This document shows, piece after piece, positions 21,208-34,712 of a stretch of 64,000 bases of DNA. This DNA comes from Eledone cirrhosa (Eukaryota), in the NCBI GenBank assembly GCA_964016885.1, contig OZ024743.1, forward strand, positions 319,734,001 to 319,798,000, read 5' to 3'. Made by a program: the position numbers and the translations under genes. The notes beneath the pieces were generated by a model, which had not been told where the DNA came from, made no database searches, and was given only the letters and a program-made list of their open reading frames with translations. Position 1 is the first letter of the stretch. Each line of letters begins with the position of its first letter.

Positions 21208-24200
21208 TTACAGACACATACTCAGAGAAGGCCCATTCATTCGGGCCATACTTGCTTCTCTCACCCATCTTTCAACAAAGTGCTGGGAAGAGAGCACTTC
21301 CCTCTCTACCCTGATTTTCCTTTTCAAATGAAATTTGAAAAAGTTAATCAGGGCATCACCGAAGAGGTAAGTGCTCGTCTTCAGCCCTTTCAAACGTGTC
21401 CACCATACTATCTCTTTCGCCATGGCCACCAGACAGATAAAAACTGCCTGCCCTTCCAGGCTAAAGGAAGGGGGCGGGGCAATCCTCACGATGGACTCAG
21501 CTGATAGCTGGATCCGTCCTACACGTGACAGCAGGTGTTCGACATAAACCCACAAGTCAGCAATGCTCGGACACTGGACGAGTGCGTGCAGGACGGTTTC
21601 GTCGCCCTGCGCGCATCTCGGACATGTCCGGCTGACGGCACCTCCATGCCTGTAGAGTTTATCCCGAACTGGCAAAGCTCCTCGGTAGCACTGCCAGGCC
21701 AGGGATTTCTGGAAGTTGTCCATAGGCCCCGGCCCGAAAGTCCTTCCGAAGAGATTGGCTAGTTGATTTTCGTCGACGCCTAGAGTTTCTCCAAGTACGT
21801 CGTCGCTCTTCCCCTCCACTAATCCCCTATAGAACGCCAAGGTGGAGTTTCCACCGATCACATTGCCCGATTGGTCGAGGGCTGTGAGCGCCTGAAGACA
21901 TTCCAGTCTCCAAGCGCTCCCTCTCGGTCTTCGCTTGACCCAGGACTGCAGCTCCGTCAAGGAGACGAGCTGGGGAAAAACGTGTCTTGCAAACGGCGAC
22001 CAGACCTGATCTCCGTCGAGGAAGAGGTGGAGATGTCGTAGCCTGAGCGCGTGTCTGCGCATCATCAGCCACGGCATGCCCAGCCCTCCACGTAGCGGGT
22101 GTTGACAGCAGATGGACCGCCTGACCATCGGAGCGCGTCCCTTCCACAAGAAGCGAAAGAGCAAACGCTCCAGCGCAGTCAGGCGGGGCTTAGGACAAGG
22201 TACGACGGTCAGGCGGTAGTAGATGACGGATGCGATGTACGCATTCGCCACCTCCGCTCGACCTTTCAGGGATAGCTTCCTCTCGGCCCATTTCTGGGTG
22301 AGAGAAGCCACCCTGCTCGTCACCTCGTCCCAGTTTTTGTCCGTCTGGAGGTCTGGACCGAACCAGACCCCTAGCAATTTAACCGGTCCGTACGTCCAGC
22401 GCCCGACGACGCTGTTGGACGGCATGGACCTGCCTCTCCAGGTGCCGAGCTGCAGGCCCACTGACTTTTCCTGGTTGATCATTGCTCCTGTCACTGCTTC
22501 GTATTCTCTTAGTGTAGTGCCGATCGCCTCGATGTGTTTGGCGTTCGACACCACTACGGTGACATCGTCGGCATATGCTGACACGGATCTTCCGCATCCT
22601 AGTTCGCGCGGGACTCCCCTCAACGTCTCCAGTTTGTGCAGTAATGGCTCGAGAGTCAATACGTACAATAGGGACGAGAGGGGACATCCTTGGCGGACCG
22701 AGCGCATGATGTTGAACGGTTCCGAAAGGTGACCGTTCACTCTCACTACAGAGCAGATGTCGCTGTGCATGGCAGCGATCCAGCCTCTGAAGACGGGCCC
22801 AAAGCCAGCCGCCCTCAGGACTGCCGTTAGGTAACGATGGTCGACCCTATCGAAGGCTTTCGACTAATCTAAATTGATCAAAGACCCACCCGTGCCAGGT
22901 TCCCTAGCTACCCTCTCTACGATGTATCGCATGAGGTGGAGGTTGTCGTGGATGGATCTGTCGGGAATGGCGCATGTCTGTGCCTCTCCCACCAGACCAC
23001 CAACGACAAGCGCCAACCTCTTTGCTAGCACCTTGGCCAAAATCTTGAACTCTGTGTTTAGCAGAGTTATGGGCCTAAAATTATCTATGTTATCCCCCTT
23101 GTTCGGATCCTTTCTCAGCAGCGCCACCGCTCCTCGGCTCACAGAGCTGGGAATTCTCCCGTTCTGTTGCCAGTTGCAGTAGACGTCCGCCAAGAGGCCC
23201 CCGAACAAGTTTGGCATTTGTACGTAAAGTTCATAGGGCAGACCATCCAAACCAGGCGATTTACCCCTTGTGCAACTAGTCATTGCATCCCGTACTTCAG
23301 CGGTTGTTATCGGCTTTTTGCAACACATCGCCTCAGTGGCCGAGAGCCGCGGCAGTCCGTCGAGGTAGACACTAAAGTCCATCCCTCGATCCGGCCCGCC
23401 ACTGCCCCTGAACAGTTGAGCGAAGTGTCGCTGAAAAGCTTCACACATTTGCCCGGGATCGAGTAGCATGCGCCCGTCTTGGTCCACCAAAGACCGGATC
23501 GTGGCTTTGTTTCCACGGCGCGCCTCCGCCACTCGGGCCCATTGAACGGCTTTCGTCCCCTCGTGTCTGAGAGCACGCACCATAGCTCTGACAACGCAGC
23601 CTTCGTGCTTTGCATTGAAGAATTGGTCAAGGGCCAATTTCGCTGCAAGTACGTCGGTCGCGATGCCTTTGCTAAGCGCCTCATCTAATTTTCTAACTAA
23701 TTCTCCCTCTGCTCTATTTTTCTCTATTGCTAAAGTCTTACTAAACCTAATGGACTCTATTCTAATTGCTCTTTTCAGAGCAAACCACCACTTGTTGTTG
23801 ACGATGGCCCCCGTCAACGCCCGCTTAACTAGTTCGCTAATCCGGTCTCTGTAGGCCTTGCGCGCTGGTAAGGACGCGTTTAGCTTCCAGTATCCGGGTC
23901 CTCGTCTATGAAGCCTATCTAAGTCAAGCACACAGATCACGAATTTGTGGTCCGTTTAGCTGACTATCTTGAATTGTGGACAGCCTATGCTAGACCTATC
24001 TATTTCCCTACAAAATACTCTATCTAGATATGATCTGGATGACCCTATGCGGTTTGTCCAAGTCCACATTGGCACATTCGGGAAATCCATTCGGTACCTG
24101 TCAGATAGTTCAAAACGCCTGAGCAGGTTGGTGAGGCTCTTGCACCCTCCACCCCTATCCGCTAATCCCACACAGTCCCAGCGTGCATCTAAGATCCCGT

Positions 24201-24627
24201 TCCAGTCGCCCACTAACACTAAAGAGCGGGACGTTCCAAGAAAGGTCTCCAGACGCCGGAAGAAATCAGGCCGCCGTGCTCCTGTCGGGGCATAGACGGC
24301 CACTAGCCTGAAAGCTTGCCCGTCTCCGCTGGTCACGTCCAGCACCACCAACTTACCTTCTGGGTCCAGGAAGATGGCCCGTATGGCGAGATCCAAACCT
24401 CTCCGAAAAAGCACAGCAACTCCTCCACCCGATCCAGGACGGCTGGGAGATGCGTACACATCGTAGCCGCCGAAGATCGGTGCGAAGGCCCGTGCTTCGG
24501 AGATTCTGGTCTCGCTGATGGCCACTACATCTATGTTTAGTGACCTGAGGTCGTTGAGCAGGTGACCCTGCTTCCATGACGACCCCAAGCCACGCGCATT
24601 TATGCTGCCTATTCTGAGTGAGGTCAT
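21208..24627 (-). pseudogene. Tx1-like ORF2 (APE endonuclease, RT, zinc finger), single frame with two nonsense codons
   Basis: SINARGL, ISET, LVGDWN, SYLDR, GKSPGLDG, RQGCPLS, AYADD, CPRC..ETVLHALVQC. The three ORF-track segments are in frame, split by TAA at ~23956 and TAG at ~22864. Confidence 0.93.
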
Positions 24628-24662
24628 GTTTAAAATAGAGTGGAAAAGATGGGAAAGACCAC

Positions 24663-26767
24663 TTACCGTACTTTTGGTAGAGGAGGGATGGTTTTTACAT
24701 CCCTTTTCACTTGATCGTCTGGTGAAGGGACCGTTGAATCGTCCCTTCGGCTGGTCGTCGGCTCTTCTAATAGAATGTCTGAATATACTCTTCGATTGAT
24801 GGTTCCTCCTAGGTCCCTGAAATCACCAACTGCGTTGGGGAATTTCGTTTTAATGTTTGTGTATTGTTTCTGTGCTATTTTTAGCAGTCTTATGTTAGTT
24901 GGCGTTTTGATTGGTGCTGGTATTATGTAGTCCTGTTGTGAAATGTCTGTGTGTTCAATTATGTAAGTCATTAGTTTCTTGTTGTGTGTGTTTATTGCCG
25001 TGCATTTGTTTTTCTGGGGGTGGGGTGTGGTTCTGCTATTTTCTTGTCGTTGTTGCTGGGTGTGTGTGTTTTGTTGTTGTGTTTGCGATGTTGGTGCTTG
25101 TGGTGGTGGTGTTGAAGGTGTTGTTGGCGGTGGGGTTGTCGCCGGTGGTGATGGTGGTGCTGGTGTGGGTGGTGATGGTGTTGGTGGTGTTGCTGCTGTG
25201 GGTCTCTTTGCAGTAGACTTTACCCTTTTCTCATTTCTTTCCTCCCTTTTCAAAGGCGACGATGCGCTGCTTCTGCGTTTGTGCCTTCTTGCGACCTTTT
25301 GCCATCCCTCTCCCACCTCACACTCCATGTCTGATTCTGTGAGGTCGGGGAGGGGTACCAGCTCCACTCTTTCACTTGTTGTTGTTGGTGATGTTTGCAC
25401 TGGAGTCTCTGTTGCAGCTGCATTTGGTATTGCTGTTGTTGTTGTTAATATTTCCACTGCTGCTGCTGTTTTTGATTTCCGTGGAGTGGGTATGGGTGCC
25501 ACGGACCTATCGTTCCTGGTTGCCGCTTGTCCTGTTTCTGGTAGCCGTGGAGCCGGATTCGGAACGAGGGGGGTTTCTCCTTTCTCAGGGTCTTCTCGTT
25601 GCAGAAGGCCCTGAGGTGAGTCTTCGATCCACAGCGAAAGCATTTCGGGCGTTTGCCCTCAACACTTATGGGCAGTTGAGTGCCGTTATCGAAGTCTATC
25701 ACATCCGGGATAGCTTCGATGCACTCCTGGTTGGTTTGGATTAGCATCTCAATGGAGGAGCCGACCCAATCTTCTCTTACTTTTTTCTGTACTTGCAGTA
25801 CAGTTCTTTTGTCCTCGATTCCGACGAGGACAGACGCGGCCAGCCAAGAAGGGGTCATTCCGGGGGGGACGTGGGTCAGTTTGACCCTCACAATTTTTTG
25901 CCCGCAGTAGGAGGGCACCAACACCATTTCCTCGCTCCTTAGGGTCACTACTGATTGGGCCTTTGCCTCCTGGGGTGTGGCAAAAAGTACGTCTACGGTG
26001 GCATATTTTTTGCCTCGGGTGATGTGCGTTTTCCGCTGCCACACAGACCCCAAGGCTTTTTGTATTTGGGCCTCTGTGGCTCTTTCCACCCTACGGGATT
26101 TTGTACTTACTGTACGGTACGTGACCGTACAGTGCTCTTGGGTTTCGAAAAATTTTTCCGCTGCCTTGCAGATTGCTCGGTGTCCGTTCTTTGTCACCAT
26201 CTTCTTCGCTTCCTCTAATTCCTCATTTGTTATGAGGATTGTTTCCAAGTTTTTCGCAATACCTGCAAATGAGATTGGTTTTTCTCTGCTGCTGCTGCTG
26301 TTATTGTTGTCGTCAGAGCTGCTGGTACTTTTGTTGTTGCTGCAGGTACTACGACTACTGCCTCCGCCGCTGTTGCTGTGGTTGTTGTTGGTGTTGCTGC
26401 TGCTAATGCTGTTGTTGTTTATGCTGCTGGTGATGCTGTTGCGGCTGCTACTGTTGTTTTCATTGTCACTGTTGCTGTTGTTATTACGGCTGCTACTGCT
26501 ATTATTCCTGACGTCAGACGAATGAACTGGGTTTTCGTATTTCCCGCACACCTGTTTCGTCGCTGTCGTCGTCGTCGTGGAGAAACCTTGCACGCTTTGC
26601 ACGAGACTTTTCTTTTCTTTCGTCACTTGCGAAAGAGAAGGGAGGGAGAGAGACACATTTAAAGAAGGGAGGGAGAGAGACAATCTTCTCTCTGCTGTAG
26701 TGATGATTGAGGAAGAAGAAGACGGAATGAGTGGGAGTGACGTATGGAATTTCTTTTTCGTAGCCAT
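24663..26767 (-). pseudogene. Tx1-like ORF1 (Asn/Ser-rich N-terminus, CCHC knuckle, Pro/Thr-rich tail), one frameshift
   Basis: ISFAGIAK, VEGKRPKCFRCGSKTHLRAFC and GWQKVARR across ORFs 25445-26767 and 24663-25643. Confidence 0.85.
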
Positions 26768-27000
26768 GTTGTTTTTTGTTTAAAATGAAATTTTGGGTAC
26801 AAAACCCCAATAACTGGTTATTTAACCCCGAAGGGCCAAATAACGGACAGAAAGACCCCTCTCACGAGGAGGAGGGTGTCTTTATCAACAATTTGGTTCA
26901 AGTTTTAAACAATTTACAATTGTTTTAACGGTTAAAAATTACTATACCTTACAGAGCCGAGCCTCCGTCAACCATGGCATTCAATAATAATAATAATAAT

Positions 27001-30000
27001 GATTTTTTTATTAACCACAAAGGTTTACATAAAGTAGACATTAAGGTCAGTGCAGGACAATACAGGGCGGTACAAATTGGCATTTCTGCGTGTAAAAAAC
27101 AAAAACAGAGGATGTAACAAAAAATAACAATGAAAAATTCCCCAATAGGGGAAGACTTCGGAGGGACATTTGTGGAGAAAGCCCAGTAAAAGGCCACAAT
27201 GACCCTGACCACCAAGGCAAGTGCCCTCTCCCAGTTTTCCACCTTTAATTTACAGATATATACTCAGAGTAGGCCCATTCACTCGGGCCATTATTGCTTC
27301 TCTCACCCATCTTTCAACAAAATGCTGGGAAGAGAGCACTTCCCTCTCTACTCTGATTTTCCTTTTCAAATGAAATTTGAAAAAGTCAATCAGAGCATCA
27401 CCGAAGAGGTAAGTGCTCGTCTTCAGCCCTTTTAAACGTGTCCACCATACTATCTCTTTCGCCATGGCCACCAGACAGATAAAAACTGCCTGCCCTTCCC
27501 GGCTAAAGGAGGAGGGCGGGGCAATCCTCACGATGGACTCAGATGATAGCCGGATCCGTCCTAAACGCGACAGCAGGTGTTCGACATAAACCCACAAGTC
27601 AGCAATTTTCGGACACTGGACGAGTGCGTGCAGGACGGCAGGACGGTTTCGTAGCCCTGCGCGCATCTCGGACATGCCAGGCTGACGGCACCTCCATGCC
27701 TGTAGAGTTTATCACGAACTGGCAAGGTTCCTCGGCAGCACTGCCAGGCCAGAGATTTCTGGAAGTTGTCCATAGGCCCCGGCCCGAAAGTTCTTCCGAA
27801 GAGATTGGCTAGTTGATTTTCGTCGACGCCTAGAGTTTCCCCAAGTACGTCGTCGCTCTTCCCCTCCACTAATCCTCTATAGAACGCCGATGTGGAGTTT
27901 CCACCGATCACATTGCCCGATTGGTCGAGGGCTGTGAGCGCCTGAAGACATTCCAGTCTCCAGGCGCTCCCTCTCGGTCTTCGCTTAACCCAGGACTGCA
28001 GCTCCGTCAAGGAAACGAGCTAGGGAAATACGTGTCTAGCAAACGGCGACGACACCTGATCTCCGTCGAGGAAGAGGTGGAGATGTCGTAGCCTGAGCGC
28101 GTGCCTGCGCATCATCAGCCACGGCATGCCCAGCCCTCCACGTAGCGGGTGTTGACAGCATATGGACCGCCTGACCATCGGAGCGCGTCCCTACCACAAA
28201 AAGCGAAAGAGCAAACGCTCCAGCGCAGTCAGGCGAGGCTTAGGATAAGGTACGACGGTCAGGCGGTAGCAGATGACAGACGCGATATACGCGTTAGCCA
28301 CCTCCGCTCGACCTTTCAGGGATAGCTTCCTCTCCGCCCATTTCTGGGTGAGAGAAGCCACCCTGCTCGTCACCTCGTCCCAGTTTTTGTCCGTCTGGAG
28401 GTCCGGACCGAACCAGACCCCTAGCAATTTAACCGGTCCGTCCGTCCAGCGTCCGACGACGCTGTTGGACGGCATGGACCTGCCTCTCCAGGTGCCGAGC
28501 TGCAGGCCCACTGACTTTTCCTGGTTGATCATTGTTCCTGTCACCGCTTCGTATTCTCTTAGTGTAGTGCCGATCGCCTCGATGTGTTTGGCGTTCGACA
28601 CTACTACGGTGACATCGTCCGCATATGCTGACACGGATCTTCCGTATCCTAGTTCGCGCGGGACGCTCCTCAACGTCTCCAGTTTGTGCAGTAATGGCTC
28701 GAGAGTCAATACGTACAAGAGGGACTAGAGGGGACATCCTTGGCGGACCGAGCGCATGATGTTGAACGGTTCCGACAGGTGACCGTTCACTCTCACCACA
28801 GAGCAGATGTCGCTATGCATGGCAGCGTTCCAGCCTCTGAAGACGGGCCCAAAGCCAGCCGCCCTCAGGACTGCCGCTAGGTAACGATGGTCGACCCTAT
28901 CGAAAGCTTTCGACTGATCTAAATTGATCAAGGACCCACCCGTGCCAGGTTCCCTAGCTACCCTCTCTACGATGTATCGCATGAGGTGGAGGTTGTCGTG
29001 GATGGATGTCGGGAATGGCGCATGTCTGTGCCTCTCCCACCAGACCACCAACGACAAGTGCCAACCTCTTTGCTAGCACATTGGCCAAAATCTTGAACTC
29101 TAGCAGAGTTATGGGCCTGAAATTATCTATGTTATCCCCCTTGTTCGGATCCTTTCTCAGCAGTGCCACCGCTCCTCGGCTCACAGAACTGGGAATTCTC
29201 CCGTTCTGTTGCCAGTTGCAGTAGACGTCCGCCAAGAGGCCTCCGAACAAGTCTGGTATCTGTACGTAAAGTTCATAGGGCAGACCCTCCAAACCAGGCG
29301 ATTTACCCCTTGTGCAGCCAGTCATTGCCTCCTGTACTTCAGCGGCTGTTATCGGCTTTTCGCAACACTTCGCCTCAGTGGCCGAGAGCCGCGGCAGTCC
29401 GTCGAGGTAGACACTAAAGTCCATCCCTCGTTCCGGCCCACCGCTGCCCCTGAACAGCTGTGCGAAGTGTCGCTGAAAAGCTTCACACATTTGCCCGGGA
29501 TCGAGTAGCATGCGCCCGTCGTTGTCCACCAAAGACCGGATCGTGGCTTTTTTGCCATGACGCGCCTCCGCCACTCGGGCCCATTGAACGGCTTTCGTCC
29601 CCTCGTGTCTGAGAGCACGCACCCTTGCGCTGACAACGCAGCCTTCGTGCTTTGCATTAAAGAATTGGTCAAGGGCCAATTTCGCCACAATGACGTCAGT
29701 CGCAATGCCTTTGTTAAGCGCCTCGTCTAATTTTGTAACTAGTTCTCCCTCTGCTCTATTTTTTTCTATTGCTAATGCCTTACTAAACCTAATCGATTCT
29801 ATTCTAATCGTTCTTTTCAGAGCAAACCACCACTTGTTGTTGACGATGGCCCCCGTCAACGCCCGCTTAACTAGTTCGCTAATCCGGTCTCTCTAGACCT
29901 TGCGCGCTGGTAAGGACGCGTTTAGCTTCCAGTAGCCGGGTCCTCGTCTATGAAGCCTATCTAAGTCAAGCACACATATCACGAATTTGTGGTCCGTGTA

Positions 30001-32765
30001 GCTGACTATCTTGAATTGTGGACAGCCTATGCTAGACCTATCTATTTCCCTACAAAATACTCTATCTAGATATGATCTGGATGACCCTATGCGATTTGTC
30101 CAAGTCCACATTGGCACATTCGGGAAATCCAATCGGTACCTGTCAGACAGTTGAAAACGCCTGAGCAGGTTGGTGAGGCTCTTGCACCCTCCACCCCTAT
30201 CCGTTAATCCCACACAGTCCCAGCGTGCATCTAAGATTCCGTTCCAGTCGCCCACTAACACTAAAGAGCGGGACGTTCCAAGAAAGGTCTCCAGACGCCG
30301 GAAGAAATCAGGCCGCCGTGCTCCTGTCGGGGCATAGACGGCCACTAGCCTGAAAGCTTGCCCGTCTCCGCTGGTCACGTCCAGCACCACCAACTTACCT
30401 TCTGGGTCCAGGAAGATGGCCCGTATGGCGAGATCCAAACCTCTCCGAAAAAGCACAGCTGGGAGATGCGTACACATCGTAGCCGCCGAAGATCGGTGCG
30501 AAGGCCCGTGCTTCGGAGGTTCTGGTCTCACTGGTGGCCACTACATCTATGTTTAGTGACCTGAGGTCGTTGAGCAGGTGGCCCTGCTTCCATGACGACC
30601 CCAAGCCACGCGCATTTATGCTGCCTATTCTGTGTGAGGTCATGTTGAAATGGAGTGGAAAAGATGGGAAAGACCACTTACCTTACTTCTCGTAGAGGAA
30701 GAACGGTTTCTCCATCCTTTTCACTGCTTGAGGCCTCCTCAGGAAGGATGTCCTTATAAATCCTCCTGGAGAGTGTTTGTCGGAATTCTCCGATGTCTTT
30801 GGGGAATTTTTGTTTTAGTTTTCTGTGTGATGCGAGTGATTTGTATGTGTGGAGGTTGTGTGAACTTTTGGGTTGTGTGTAGTCCTTTTCTGTGATGCTG
30901 GTTTTGTGTTGGATGTAGTGTAATAATTGGTTGTTGTTCAAATTTAATGCTGTGTAGTGTGTATCGTTTTGGTTGTTTTGTTTGTGTTTGTTGTGGGTTT
31001 GTTTCTGTTTCGCTTTTTGGTGTCTTTTGTGGTGTAGGAGATGGTGGTGTTGGGGTTAATGATGGTGATGGTGTTGGTGTTTGGGGTGATGGGGTTGGTG
31101 ATGCTGGTGTAACTTTTTTGTTTGATAGTTTATTTGTTTCCCTTTGTATTTTGTTTTTGGAGGGGGAAGGAAGAGAATTTTTTCTTTTTTGGTTTCTTTT
31201 TTTCTTTTTTTCTGATACCGTTTCCCACTCCTCGTCGTCACAATCTGTCTCCAGTTGTGATAGGCCGGGGTGTTAGTTTTGGTTGTGGCGTGGTGGATGG
31301 TGTAGGCGCTGGTGTTAGTTCTGGCGCGTTGGGTGGTGGTAGTGTTGGTTTTGCTACTGTTGCTGGGGTTGTTGCTGTTACAGTTGCTTCTGTTGTTGCT
31401 GCTACAGTTGTTGCTGCCATCTCTGCTGCTGGTGGTGTTGATGGTTGAGTCATTGGGGTGGGTAGGAGAGGTGGCCTCAACCTTTTAGCCTGAGGGCAGA
31501 AAGCCCTTAGGTGGGTTCCTTCACCACAAACGACACACCTAGGTCTTCTGCCCTCGACAATTACGTTGAGGTGGCTGCCGTCAGTGAGGTCTATTACCTC
31601 TGAAATCTCAATGCTTTTTTGGTCCGCTTGGATCAGGAGCTCCATCCCAGATCCGGACCAGTTCTCCTGCTTTTCTTTCGCTATTTCGATTATCTTGGTG
31701 TTGGCTTCGATGCCGGCGAGGACGGCAGCTATTAGCCAGGGAATTTCGATGGACTGTGGAACGTGGGTGACCCTGATCTTTACGAGTCTCTGGCCACAAT
31801 AGCTTGGGACGAATGTGAAGTCGTCACTTCTTAATGGGGCCATGGAGTGTTCTCTAGCCTCCTGTGGTGTTTCAAAGAACACGTCCACGGTTCCATACTT
31901 CTGCCCACGTATTATGTGGGGTTTTTTTGCCCACACATGTCCCAAAGCTTTTTGGATTTGGGACTCGGATGCCCGTTCCACTCGGCATGATTTTATATTA
32001 ATTGTTCGATAAGACACGGTGCATAGGCGCCGATGCTCCATTTTATTAGGTGTGTGTGGGGGGGGGGAGGCTGACCCTGTATCCATCTTTCTTTACCATT
32101 TTTTTGGATTCTTCTAATTCCTCCTGAGTTACCTGAAATGCTTCGCACTGTTTTGCTACTCTGGCAAAACTCAGGGTGCTTTTCTTAATGTCATTGTTGC
32201 TGTTGTTGTTATCGTTATTTTTGTTGTTATTAATTTTAGTTTCAGTTGTGGTGGTGGTGGCGTCAGTGGTGTTCAGTGTGGAAGAGTTCATTTTGGTTGA
32301 ATTCATTTCGATATCACGAGTTAATTTATTTTTTCTTTTGTTTCTGTTGTCGCGGTGGTGGTGGGGGGGGGGGGGTTGTCGCGGTGGTGGTGGTTGTGGC
32401 GGCTTTAACACCTGCAGTCATTGGTAATGGTGGGAAATGAATGTCTGCCTGAGACAAATTTAAAATATTGCTACTGCCTATATTTTTAGTGTTGGCAAAC
32501 GTAGTAATATTTACAATGGTGGTGTCGGTGTGAGGTGTTAGTTTGTGATGAGTCAGCCATGATTTTTCAAAGAAAATTTTTGTTTGATAATTATAAAAGT
32601 TTAAATTTTGGGCTCAAGGCCCCAATCTTTTTGGGTGTCCTTTTCAGATAACAATGTATGTCCACTTATATACAGTTAATAATAAAAATTTTCCATGAAT
32701 GGCAATTTTAAACAACTGAAAATAACAAACGTTTGCGGATGATACGATTTACTACGTAGGTCGCC
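27001..32765 (-). mobile_element. L1/Tx1-clade LINE (copy 2), tandem with copy 1, frameshifted
   Basis: ORF2 ~30643-27250 is nearly identical to copy 1. ORF1 ~32560-30678 has VEGRRPRCVVCGEGTHLRAFC. (AAT)n on both sides. Confidence 0.92.
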
Positions 32766-32789
32766 AATAATAATAATAATAATAATAAT

Positions 32790-34712
32790 GAAAATAATGA
32801 GATCGTAAATGATAAAGAAATGAATGAGAATGAACTTGCCAACTTGAAGGATGAAATTATGATCGAATGGATGAAAATGAAAGAATCTGACATGGGGCAA
32901 CGAGACACCCTCCCTAAGATCCAGAACTCCAAACAGAACCAAAAGATAATACACAAGACTAACATAATTGTCAAAAACATTATCATCACAAACAAACTAA
33001 ACATTACTGATTTAAATCATCTCTATTATGCATCGGCTAAAGTCACCACTCACTTATGTGGAGTGAAGATGAAAAAACAAAGGAATTCCCACAAGAAATC
33101 TACTTGGCAAGAGAACATCAATCGCCAAATAAACCTTCTCCGATCTGACATAGAAATTTTAACAAACTATAAAGTAGGTGAACATGTTAAGCAAACTAAA
33201 CTTAGAAAATTGAAAACAAAGTACAGTATAAAATCAACAAGTGACATAGACGTGCTGATAGAAATAATCAAGCAAAAAGTGTCGGCCAAAGCTGCTCGTA
33301 TAAAGCGCTTTGAAAAACGATCTAGATTCTATAAGGACAATAATATGTTCAAAAACAACCAAAGAAACTTCTACAGAAAAATTGGTAAGTCAACAATAAC
33401 TGCTAAATCAATACCACCCAAGGAGGAAGTGCAAGAATTCTGGGAAAAGATCTGGGCCGAAGAAAAAGTTCATAACATACATGCCCCATGGATAGACAGA
33501 CAAATGAAAGATACAGCTCACCTTGAGGAACAAATATGGGAAAATATAACAGTTGAACAGTTGCGCTTGGCTCTAAGAAAAACCAGCAAATGGAAATCCC
33601 CAGGAAAAGACAAAATACAAAACTTTTGGATAAATGCCTTCACAGAGTCTCATGAGCTGTTAGCCCAACTTTACAATGAAATAGTTAAGGAGCCAGAAAA
33701 GATACCATCATGGCTAGTTAACGGCATTACATTCCTGCTTCCGAAGAATGATGAGACAAACAATCCCAAAAATTACAGACCGATAACTTGCTTGACCACA
33801 ATGTATAAAACTTTAACATCAGTCCTAACTCAATACACATATGACCACCTGATAACAAATTACCTATTTCCCATTGAGCAGAAAGGGTGTAAACGAGGCT
33901 CATATGGCTGTAAGGATCAGCTTCTGGTTAACAAAATGATACTGGAAGATTGTCATAATAGACACAAAAATCTATCGATTGCTTGGATAGATTATAAAAA
34001 AGCATTCGATAGTTTGCCACAGTTGGATTGAAAAATGTTTAGAGATTTTCAAAATATCCCCCATTGTCAGGAGGTTTTTGTCATTCAGTATGAAGACATG
34101 GAAAACGACACTCCTTTTGAATAGTGAAACAAAATCACTGGAAGCTGGAGAAGTTAATATTAATTGTGGAATTTTTCAGGGTGACTCTTTATCACCGCTT
34201 TTATTCTGCATCGCACTTATACCATTAAGTAAAATGCTCAATGAAACAAAACATGAATATAAAGTCTATGACAAAACCATTAATCACTTGTTCTACATGG
34301 ATGACCTGAAACTATTTGCAAAAAATGAAGAACAATTGCAAGGGCTATTATCCACTGTGGAGCAGTTCAGTGATGACATTAAAATGGAGTTTGGACTAGA
34401 TAAATGCGCCAAAGCAACGTTCACCAGAGGAAAGCTGCTGAAGAGTTCAGACATTAATCTTGATCGGGGGAACGTGATAAGATAACTTGATCAAGAAAAC
34501 CTTACAAATATCTAGGTGTTTCTGAAGGAGACGGAATCAAGCACTCGACAATGAGGGAAAGGATAAGGAAGGAATGTTACCGCAGAGTAAGAGCAATCTT
34601 AAGAACGGAATTGAATGCAAGGAATAGGATCGAGGGCATAAACACGCTTGCCATACCAGTAGTAACCTACAGTTACAATGTCATCAACTGGTCAAGCACA
34701 GAGATCCGTAGA
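32790..34712 (+). mobile_element. Second R4/Dong-like element, RT region, 3'-truncated
   Basis: WKSPGKD, NYRPITCL, EQKGC, WIDYKKAFDS, GIFQGDSLSPLLF, HLFYMDDLKLF. A different family from 18345-20962. Confidence 0.92.

Larger units (their letters stand above)
20963..26983 (-). mobile_element. L1/Tx1-clade LINE, apparently full length (copy 1)
   Basis: ORF1 and ORF2 as below. 3' end AATAAAGAAATC followed by (ATT)n. Bounded by (AAT)n on both sides. Confidence 0.92.

Noticed and set aside
21157-32440. Many plus-strand and alternative-frame ORFs over the Tx1 copies
   Set aside because: Shadow ORFs of GC-rich LINE coding sequence and low-complexity repeats.
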